The position numbers and the translations under genes were made by a program. From a virus (taxonomy: Duplodnaviria > Caudoviricetes), in IMG/VR virus record IMGVR_UViG_3300033388_001284, positions 1 to 51,635 of that record: DNA of 51,635 bases, one strand, 5' to 3'. The notes below the pieces were generated by a model. It was not told where the DNA came from. It was given only the letters and a program-made list of their open reading frames with translations, and did no database searches. How positions within the stretch are numbered: the stretch's first letter is position 1; each line of letters starts with the position of its first letter. Positions 8,407 to 14,846 of this stretch are shown here, piece after piece.

Positions 8407-8712
8407 TTATAATAATTCTTCGCAACAATTACAACAATCGTTTTCATCTGCTATTTCTTCTTTAAATCCCTCATTACCACAATTAGAGCAAGTGTGAAAC
8501 ATTTCAAGACTGTTTCCGTTCATCATACAAACTTGATAGTCGGAGTTAATAAGGAACACATAACCACTCATTTTATTAAACATTATTGTTAAGCCATCGT
8601 CATAAAAGTCCTCAGGCAAACCTTGACTTACTTTAGTATCTAATATTGTTATCATTTCGTCGATCTCTCTTGCTCCGAACTCTGACATATCACTTGTTAC
8701 TGTATTTTCCAT
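8407..8712 (-). CDS. Acidic protein with C-terminal Zn ribbon
   Basis: CSNCGNEG..CCNCC; lies between the two 50-bp repeats. Confidence 0.65.
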   Translation of the reverse strand: MENTVTSDMSEFGAREIDEMITILDTKVSQGLPEDFYDDGLTIMFNKMSGYVFLINSDYQVCMMNGNSLEMFHTCSNCGNEGFKEEIADENDCCNCCEELL

Positions 8713-8716
8713 GTTA

Positions 8717-8766
8717 TCCACCTTATTAGTTAATCTTTATTTAGTCGGTATCATATACCGCTTGTT
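8717..8766. repeat. 50-bp direct repeat copy 2
   Basis: Identical to 8354-8403. Confidence 0.9.
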
Positions 8767-8776
8767 ACTTGATAGT

Positions 8777-8805
8777 AATATAAACTATCAATTCCCGCTT
8801 GTCAA
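8777..8805 (-). promoter_or_regulatory. Sigma70-type early promoter (leftward)
   Basis: TTGACA-17-TATATT on the minus strand, just upstream of the 50-bp leader. Confidence 0.7.
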
Positions 8806-8823
8806 GTGTTATTTTAAAAATAT

Positions 8824-9111
8824 TTAAAAAATATTTAATTGTTCTTCTAATAACAAATGTATTTCTTGTAAATCGTGATTACCCCACATTTCAACGGCAT
8901 AATACAAAGATTTTAGTTGCTGTTCGTTTTGTATCTCTAAGTTTAATGTAAATGGCTCAAATGTTGGTTGTTGCTTGTCAATTGTCGCTTTGATCATTGT
9001 CTGTTTGTCCTTTTGTTTATATTTTAGGTGTCTATTACTAATGTAACAACCGATAACCTTACAATCGGCATAATTAGGCCCTTCGACACATGTATCACAT
9101 GGCTTAATCAT
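8824..9111 (-). CDS. Hypothetical protein, possibly a fusion of two mini-genes
   Basis: Cys-rich N-part; internal AAGGA RBS plus ATG (MIKATID) near 8998. Confidence 0.55.
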   Translation of the reverse strand: MIKPCDTCVEGPNYADCKVIGCYISNRHLKYKQKDKQTMIKATIDKQQPTFEPFTLNLEIQNEQQLKSLYYAVEMWGNHDLQEIHLLLEEQLNIF

Positions 9112-9245
9112 TATATACCTCTCTTATATTCAATGATTGTTTTTACTATCGCTAGTACAATTAGTAAGCCGAAGGCCGTTGTCATAATTGTTAAGGATAG
9201 TTTAGCGCCTTGCGTTAGGTCTGTTAGTAGTCTTAGTTGTTCCAT
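9111..9245 (-). CDS. Single-TM micro-protein (44 aa), first leftward gene
   Basis: MEQLRLLTDLTQGAKLSLTIMTTAFGLLIVLAIVK..; AAGGA RBS. Confidence 0.55.
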   Translation of the reverse strand: MEQLRLLTDLTQGAKLSLTIMTTAFGLLIVLAIVKTIIEYKRGI

Positions 9246-9278
9246 GTTTAGTTCCTTTGTTGTTAATAAGATATACTA

Positions 9279-9307
9279 GTTATACATTACCGCTTGTCTA
9301 TTGTCAA
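9279..9307 (-). promoter_or_regulatory. Sigma70-type promoter (leftward)
   Basis: TTGACA-17-TATAAC on the minus strand. Confidence 0.65.
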
Positions 9308-9929
9308 GAGTTTTTATTGGTATTATTCGGATATGTTAGGTGTTTTACTTATTCTTTACATTTGGAGGGTATTTGTTTGTTATGTGCTATTTATGGTTTA
9401 GTTGTAGTATTTGTGTATATTGTATGGGAAAAGGATACAAAAGTAGTCTACAACGTATCTGCACGCTATAGAGTGCGGTTATGTGTACAATACTTGTATA
9501 CTACGCTTTATAAGTGTTGTATGTTAATTGACACTTATTTGATGTTTACTTGTAAGTTGTGTATAGGGCATGAGTTAGAGGATAATTGATAATTGTTACT
9601 TGTTATTTGTCGTGTGCTATTTGTTGTTTGCCCAGTGCTTTTGTAGTTAGTGTATGTTTTGACCAATGCAGCTAAAAACATTTAATAGTTGTATAAACTA
9701 TAAATATAATGCCCTTTTAGAGGTAGTACAGGAAACACTCTACAGTGTCTGCGCTGTCTGCAGGTGTTTTGAGACAAAAAAGGGGTCGGTCGATTTGGTG
9801 AAATAGCTTTTTGTTATGCAGTCCCTAGCAGAGTTTCTAAGTGTCGTTATCTGTATTGTAAATAAAAAGACAATAGAAAAATGAAATAGTGTTAAAACGG
9901 CAATAAGCAATAATTATTGGGTCTGCGTT

Positions 9930-9973
9930 CGACTCTACAAATACAAAAATTGCTGTAGTCCTTTGTAGAGTCG
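9930..9973. repeat. 12-bp inverted repeat in the divergent non-coding region
   Basis: CGACTCTACAAA-N20-TTTGTAGAGTCG. Confidence 0.7.
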
Positions 9974-10101
9974 CAACAACCATCAATTGTCACCCACCAT
10001 CACAAGGATAATACAATATAAGTATGTGTAATACATCTATTACTTGGCAATTGTCAAGGTGACAAGTAATAAAATAAATATTATTATCTCACAAATAACA
10101 C

Positions 10102-10130
10102 TTGACATGGTGTCACTATAATGCTATAAC
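10102..10130 (+). promoter_or_regulatory. Sigma70-type promoter (rightward)
   Basis: TTGACA-17-TATAAC with extended TGn. Confidence 0.7.
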
Positions 10131-10136
10131 TATGAC

Positions 10137-10410
10137 AGAGAGTTAATGAAGTTGGTGCGACGTTTACTATCTAATGCCAATGGTCAACCGCTACCTGATA
10201 ACGGGCGGTTGATACTGAGGTTAGTTCTTTAACATCACGTAGCAATGCGCAAGCAGGGCAAGTAACAATTATTACATGACAATGGTCAACTGTCCAGTGA
10301 CGGTGCACTATGGATGCCTGACAGGGTGTCACATGCCAATGGCTATATGAGATATGCTAATCGCCGATTGTCAAGGGCCGGGGGGGTCTTTTATTTTCAC
10401 CCCCACCGAT
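10137..10410 (+). ncRNA. Candidate structured RNA or long leader
   Basis: GC-richer than flanks; stems 10184-10191/10205-10212 and 10277-10283/10367-10373; GCAA tetraloops. Confidence 0.35.
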
Positions 10411-10464
10411 TTTTAGTAAACCACTTATAAATAAACACAAGCGGTAAGTAACAAAGGAGACTAG

Positions 10465-10680
10465 ATGAAAGTAGAGAAAGAGTTAACAGCTTATTCATTA
10501 GGAATGAGAACGTATATAGGGGTGAAGGTAATAAACGCTTATCCTCTCAAAGAGAATGGCAAAGAAGGGTATTGTGTGCATTATCCTGATGGATACATAA
10601 GCTGGTCACCAAAAAAGATCTTCGAAGAGGCTTATCGTGAAGTGTCTTATAGTGAAAAAAAGTTAGTAGACCACCAGTAG
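10465..10680 (+). CDS. Conserved phage protein (domain often found adjacent or fused to DUF2829)
   Basis: YIGVKVINAYP..GYCVHYPDGYISWSPK..FEEAYR; AAGGAG RBS. Confidence 0.7.
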   Translation: MKVEKELTAYSLGMRTYIGVKVINAYPLKENGKEGYCVHYPDGYISWSPKKIFEEAYREVSYSEKKLVDHQ

Positions 10681-10693
10681 CAAAGGACAAATA

Positions 10694-10963
10694 ATGAGAG
10701 TTAAGTACAGAGAAGACCAAAAAAAATTCTTTAGATACATACCTAATGGGCTAATACATATAGTAATAATTTTGATTATACCTTACTTCCTTATAGGCAC
10801 CTTAGTAGACTTCATCAAAGGAGAATTTATCTTAGAATTAAAAGAGAGTCTTTTTTGTACTTATGTATGGAGAGATAAGGAGATAAGGAGGACAAATAAC
10901 ATGATAGCAATTGTACCTATCCTTATAGTAGTGGCAATAATATATTATGTTTGGTTCTACTAA
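10694..10963 (+). CDS. Membrane protein, read through into a 20-aa micro-ORF starting at 10901
   Basis: Two hydrophobic segments; internal GGAGG RBS. Confidence 0.55.
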   Translation: MRVKYREDQKKFFRYIPNGLIHIVIILIIPYFLIGTLVDFIKGEFILELKESLFCTYVWRDKEIRRTNNMIAIVPILIVVAIIYYVWFY

Positions 10964-10993
10964 CAACCAACACCCAACAAAGGACAATTAACA

Positions 10994-11047
10994 ATGATAC
11001 TACCATTCGTACTAATAATAGCAATAGTACTCTTTATGGCAAAGTAG
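10994..11047 (+). CDS. Hydrophobic micro-peptide (17 aa)
   Basis: MILPFVLIIAIVLFMAK*; AAGGA RBS. Confidence 0.4.
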   Translation: MILPFVLIIAIVLFMAK

Positions 11048-11060
11048 AAAAGGAGAAACA

Positions 11061-11219
11061 GTGTCTAAAAAGAAAGAAACACCAAACTGTGCCATATGCC
11101 AATGGGCGAAGCCTTATAATTTTGGATTATCTTTAGATTGTGCAGCACAAGGTAGGACTATATTATTTGCCAATAACACAAGACAATGTAGAAAACTGTA
11201 TAAGAAAAAGGACAAATAA
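11061..11219 (+). CDS. Cys4 micro-protein (52 aa)
   Basis: GTG start after AAGGAG; CAICQW..C..C. Confidence 0.55.
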   Translation: MSKKKETPNCAICQWAKPYNFGLSLDCAAQGRTILFANNTRQCRKLYKKKDK

Positions 11220-11220
11220 C

Positions 11221-11304
11221 ATGTGGCCAACAATAATAGTAGCAATAATTTGTTTAACAGTTATAATAGTAGTAATAGTAGTAATTCTTGGAAAAGAATT
11301 ATAA
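11221..11304 (+). CDS. Single-TM micro-protein (27 aa)
   Basis: MWPTIIVAIICLTVIIVVIVVILGKEL*. Confidence 0.5.
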   Translation: MWPTIIVAIICLTVIIVVIVVILGKEL

Positions 11305-11307
11305 CAA

Positions 11308-11377
11308 CCGGGCAATCGTCTAATGGTAGGACATAGAGGTCACAACTCTAAACGGCGTTCGATTCGCCTTGCCCGGC
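11308..11377 (+). tRNA. Atypical tRNA, anticodon CAC (Val); 8-bp acceptor and 4-bp T-stem
   Basis: CCGGGCAA/TTGCCCGG; D-arm GTC-TAATGGTAG-GAC; TAGAG-GTCACAA-CTCTA; GGCG-TTCGATT-CGCC; no encoded CCA. Confidence 0.7.
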
Positions 11378-11405
11378 AGTAGTATTAAAATAATAATTTT
11401 CATTT

Positions 11406-11486
11406 CAGGCACGTAACAATTGACAGCAACTTAATCGTAAAGTCATTGAGGCTAAATACCTCTTGTCAATTGCCATGCCTGTTTTT
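11406..11486 (+). ncRNA. Multi-branch structured element followed by a T-run
   Basis: CAGGCA/TGCCTG and CAATTGACA/TGTCAATTG enclose ACTT/AAGT and GAGG/CCTC hairpins. Confidence 0.45.
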
Positions 11487-11503
11487 ATTAAAGGAGAACA
11501 ACA

Positions 11504-11605
11504 ATGACTAACGTAAAACTATTTTTGTCAATCGGCACACCGGCAGCTATCGCAACAGCAGCTTTATTGATCAGCTATGCGATATACCATATAAGGAGGA
11601 AGTAA
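11504..11605 (+). CDS. Single-TM micro-protein (33 aa)
   Basis: MTNVKLFLSIGTPAAIATAALLISYAIYHIRRK*; AAGGAG RBS. Confidence 0.55.
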   Translation: MTNVKLFLSIGTPAAIATAALLISYAIYHIRRK

Positions 11606-11799
11606 TGAAACGTTTCGCAATTTCAGCAATAGTAGGTAAAAACAATGATTTTGATACCGACGCATTGTTACTTGATATAATAACAGCAACGTCTAAAGAA
11701 GAGGCTGTAGGAAAATTTATGCTTGGGTCAAACCACTTTACTATAGGCAAACGGCCATGTTCAGAATTATCAATTGTGGAGATAACAGATGGAAAATAA
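11605..11799 (+). CDS. Hypothetical protein
   Basis: AGGAGG RBS, TAATG coupling. Confidence 0.65.
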   Translation: MKRFAISAIVGKNNDFDTDALLLDIITATSKEEAVGKFMLGSNHFTIGKRPCSELSIVEITDGK

Positions 11800-12040
11800 C
11801 ATTACTCAACAAACCAAACCAAAGATAAACGTACAGTACACTTATCACTTCTCAATGATGTACCAGACACCATACCTTGGGCCTAGAACAGTTGAGGATC
11901 AGGTTATCTTCAGTGAAGAGGTGACAAGCATGAACTTGGCAATATTCCGGAGAGCCTGTAGAGCAAAGCTGGAGCGTAAGAATGGACATGAAGTAGTTGA
12001 CCCAGTGCTGTTGGGATTTACAAGAATGAGGTGGATGTGA
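11789..12040 (+). CDS. Hypothetical protein
   Basis: GGAG RBS; operon packing. Confidence 0.6.
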   Translation: MENNITQQTKPKINVQYTYHFSMMYQTPYLGPRTVEDQVIFSEEVTSMNLAIFRRACRAKLERKNGHEVVDPVLLGFTRMRWM

Positions 12041-12264
12041 TGAACGGACAAGAGATAATAGCCATTTGTGCATTCGCTGCAGGAATGGCCACCTCGGCAT
12101 TCGGCACTTGGTACTTGATAAGTGACAAGTTGAAGAGGGATAATAACGTGGGAATACAGGAAGGTAAGGTAAGAAACGGTGGTAGAAATCCTCATCGAAA
12201 ACCTGATAAGAAGCCAGACATAAAGATATATGGTCAAGGAGTACAAGATGTTAACAAAAGATGA
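12040..12264 (+). CDS. Membrane-anchored hypothetical protein
   Basis: TGATG coupling gives the start MNGQEII; N-terminal TM. Confidence 0.55.
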   Translation: MNGQEIIAICAFAAGMATSAFGTWYLISDKLKRDNNVGIQEGKVRNGGRNPHRKPDKKPDIKIYGQGVQDVNKR

Positions 12265-12517
12265 GTTAATAAAACTAACAAAGAACAGTAACGTATTTAC
12301 AAACAAAGGATGGATGAGGAAAAACATAGAGCATATGGATTTAAGGATGAAGGTTGGGGCAAAAGACGGTTACTATGGTTCCCAGTTTTTTACAAGAGAT
12401 CTACTTGATAAGAAAACAGGAAGAGGCTCCTTAGACTCACTAGTACGCTATTACCGTCTTATACGAAAACTAAACGTAAAAACTACTTCGGCAGAAATAA
12501 CCATAAGGTGGATGTGA
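12248..12517 (+). CDS. Hypothetical protein
   Basis: AAGGAG RBS before ATG 12248. Confidence 0.6.
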   Translation: MLTKDELIKLTKNSNVFTNKGWMRKNIEHMDLRMKVGAKDGYYGSQFFTRDLLDKKTGRGSLDSLVRYYRLIRKLNVKTTSAEITIRWM

Positions 12518-12684
12518 TGGAATACCAGAACAAAACACAATTGACACGTCTCAAGGAACAATTGTCACTTGTCTGTCAGGAATATATGAATAAACAAACA
12601 CACAGCATTAAAGATATCAAAGTTACTTTCACCACAGAGGGTATTGTAGGTGGAGTAGAAGTTAACATAAGGGAGCATAAGTAA
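12517..12684 (+). CDS. Hypothetical protein (55 aa)
   Basis: Hand translation MEYQNKTQLTRLKE..; coupled at both ends. Confidence 0.6.
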   Translation: MEYQNKTQLTRLKEQLSLVCQEYMNKQTHSIKDIKVTFTTEGIVGGVEVNIREHK

Positions 12685-12953
12685 TGGGAATAGGCGAAGC
12701 AGTAGAGGCAATGGAAAATGGGCAGAAGGTTAGAAGAGCAGGATGGAATGGTAAAGGGATGTGGTTGTGCTTAATGCCTTCATTATTCCTACCTAAAGAA
12801 AGCGTTAACGTAAGAACTAAAAGTCATATAGGTGAAGCAGACCTTGATTGTCAACCTTATATTGTTATGTGGACTGCACAAGGAAAGTGGCAACCGGGAT
12901 GGTTAGCATCACAACCAGACTTACTGGCTAAAGATTGGGAGGTAGTAAAATGA
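12684..12953 (+). CDS. tad2: DUF2829 / Thoeris anti-defence Tad2-family protein
   Basis: GEAVEAMENGQKVRRAGWNGKGMWL..PYIVM..PGWLASQPDLLAKDWEVV family signature. Confidence 0.85.
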   Translation: MGIGEAVEAMENGQKVRRAGWNGKGMWLCLMPSLFLPKESVNVRTKSHIGEADLDCQPYIVMWTAQGKWQPGWLASQPDLLAKDWEVVK

Positions 12954-13210
12954 GCAACAAAGAATTGTCACCGGCAAAGATAATGTTTGGAGCACTTGGT
13001 AAGGAACGCTCAGAAGGTTTTTTGTCAGGTATGGAAACCACGTTGGATGGAGTAATAGCAGCATTCAAACTTGTGTCAAAAGGAAAAAAGTCCTTGACAG
13101 TCAATGAAATAACTAGTATATTGAATCATAATATTGATGCGTATACAAAGCTATTAGCTGAATATACAAAGGAGCAAGATCCGGATGATAGTACAACCAG
13201 ACCAGAGTGA
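12950..13210 (+). CDS. Hypothetical protein
   Basis: GGAGGT RBS, ATGA coupling. Confidence 0.6.
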   Translation: MSNKELSPAKIMFGALGKERSEGFLSGMETTLDGVIAAFKLVSKGKKSLTVNEITSILNHNIDAYTKLLAEYTKEQDPDDSTTRPE

Positions 13211-13472
13211 TAATGATTTAGCGGCAATGTTAGAAGAGAGACACCCAAGAGCTACAACTTTACAGATGAGTGGTTCCTTATCAGTTGATAGTAAAGATGA
13301 GAAAGTTACCAACACCTACTCACCGGAAGCACAGACAAGGGACGCATTGCTAATGCAACTAGGTTGTGAGATGAGTAAGTTATCAAATGACGATCTTTCA
13401 GTAGCAGTAGAACTTGTAGGAAAGCTTCCTGAACTTAAGAAGATAGGTAATATCTTATTAAGGATGCTTTAA
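13185..13472 (+). CDS. Hypothetical protein
   Basis: AAGGAG upstream; operon packing. Confidence 0.6.
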   Translation: MIVQPDQSDNDLAAMLEERHPRATTLQMSGSLSVDSKDEKVTNTYSPEAQTRDALLMQLGCEMSKLSNDDLSVAVELVGKLPELKKIGNILLRML

Positions 13473-13663
13473 TGGAGAGTATTTGCTGTCTTAATTGTGG
13501 GTACATGAGTAATCCCCGTAGAGGCAAGGTATGGTGCACTGAGGTACAGTTACTAAGACCATACGAACACAAATGTATCTTTTATAAAAATTATTTTGAG
13601 GTTCTTCTAGAACTGAGAAACAATAGACCAGATATCATCGTTGATGTGTCTGAACCAACTTAA
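13472..13663 (+). CDS. Cys4 small protein
   Basis: CCLNCGY..WC..KC. Confidence 0.55.
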   Translation: MESICCLNCGYMSNPRRGKVWCTEVQLLRPYEHKCIFYKNYFEVLLELRNNRPDIIVDVSEPT

Positions 13664-13918
13664 ACAAAATAAAACACGTTTTTATTTGTACTTATATTAG
13701 CTTTTAAATTAGTAATCCCTATGTCGTTGACTAGGGGTTGCGCAGTTGGTAAGTAACAGTGGTTAAATCAGGCGTTGCCTGTTAACATATAGCGAATTAA
13801 AACAAACAAATTAAAGAATATAAAGCTTTAATAGATAAGTAAAAAAACAAATTGATAAAAACCGAGGTAGGGGTATGGTGTCACCTGCTCTTACCGATTC
13901 GCTTATTCGGAGATATAT

Positions 13919-14389
13919 ATGAATAAATATAAACTTCCTTCATATGAAGGATTAGATAAAAAGTCGAACATGTACAGAGAAGTCGTCTCTTTACGTGGAA
14001 AAGTTAGACGAGACGCAATTGTAGCTGTCACAGACATAATATTGAATAATAAAGACATGTATGAGCAAGATATTATAGATGCAGCAGAGTGTTTGTTACC
14101 TCAAAATAAGAAAGCAGAAGGTAAACTACCTCCTAAAGTTCAAGAGATCTATGACCTATTTGAAGATGTCAGAACCCATGTTTCAGAAGAGAATATCTTT
14201 GCAAAATACAGATATGGTAGACGTGAAATGAAGGACTTCATCAAAGTGATGATAAAGAAACCAGATCCAGCGGATCGCAAATGGGTTAATTTTGTTGAAG
14301 ACCTAGGTACATATGTTTTAATGAAGATAGGCGGCGATCCCCCTAAAGACTGGTCAGGCTATCTTCCTCCCTATAATCCACTTATTTAG
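13919..14389 (+). CDS. Hypothetical protein in a stand-alone unit with a structured leader
   Basis: GGAG RBS; followed by a terminator. Confidence 0.7.
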   Translation: MNKYKLPSYEGLDKKSNMYREVVSLRGKVRRDAIVAVTDIILNNKDMYEQDIIDAAECLLPQNKKAEGKLPPKVQEIYDLFEDVRTHVSEENIFAKYRYGRREMKDFIKVMIKKPDPADRKWVNFVEDLGTYVLMKIGGDPPKDWSGYLPPYNPLI

Positions 14390-14413
14390 TTAGTTTTTGT
14401 TTGATTCCTTTCT

Positions 14414-14450
14414 AAAACCGCAGGTTACTCACCTTTCCTGCGGTTTTTTT
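14414..14450 (+). terminator. Rho-independent terminator
   Basis: AAAACCGCAGG-loop-CCTGCGGTTTTTTT. Confidence 0.8.
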
Positions 14451-14469
14451 GTGTATATACAGAAAATCG

Positions 14470-14498
14470 TTTACAAAATATAATTTGTGTTGTATACT
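14470..14498 (+). promoter_or_regulatory. Putative promoter of the packaging/structural operon
   Basis: TTTACA-17-TATACT; predicted start site falls at about ATG 14505. Confidence 0.5.
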
Positions 14499-14504
14499 TG
14501 TTAT

Positions 14505-14846
14505 ATGACATTGGAAACCAAGAAGAAAATCATATATAATACAATCAAAACCGGAATGGAGCTAAAAAGGGCTTTCTTACTAGCAGAATGTTCTGATGAA
14601 GATATAGAACAAATTGAGAGTGATGAAGAGTTCATGACTAAAATTGACAAGTACCAAGTATACGCCGAGCGTAAAATGCTTGAACTACACGCCAAAGCTT
14701 GTCAAATAGCAGCTACCAAAGGTAATACTACTGGTATGCAGTGGAAACTTGGCAAACTGAACCCTGATAGGTGGGGTGAGAAGAAAACTGATATACTAAT
14801 ACCTGGGAAGTTGGTAATAGATGGAGACGACAAGGGACTCCTATAA
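14505..14846 (+). CDS. terS: Terminase small subunit
   Basis: Directly upstream of TerL; QWKLGKLNPDRWG motif. Confidence 0.7.
   Translation: MTLETKKKIIYNTIKTGMELKRAFLLAECSDEDIEQIESDEEFMTKIDKYQVYAERKMLELHAKACQIAATKGNTTGMQWKLGKLNPDRWGEKKTDILIPGKLVIDGDDKGLL

Noticed and set aside
8354-8766. CRISPR or mini-array
   Set aside because: Only two copies, 313 bp apart, enclosing a gene; no cas genes or regular spacers anywhere
9257-9589. 110-aa plus-strand ORF
   Set aside because: TTG start without RBS, overlaps the leftward promoter, and its composition reflects T/G-rich non-coding DNA
11331-11350. TCA (opal/Sec) anticodon and a recoded genome
   Set aside because: The 5-bp stem places CAC at 34-36; long genes are intact under the standard code and TGA/TAG act as coupled stops
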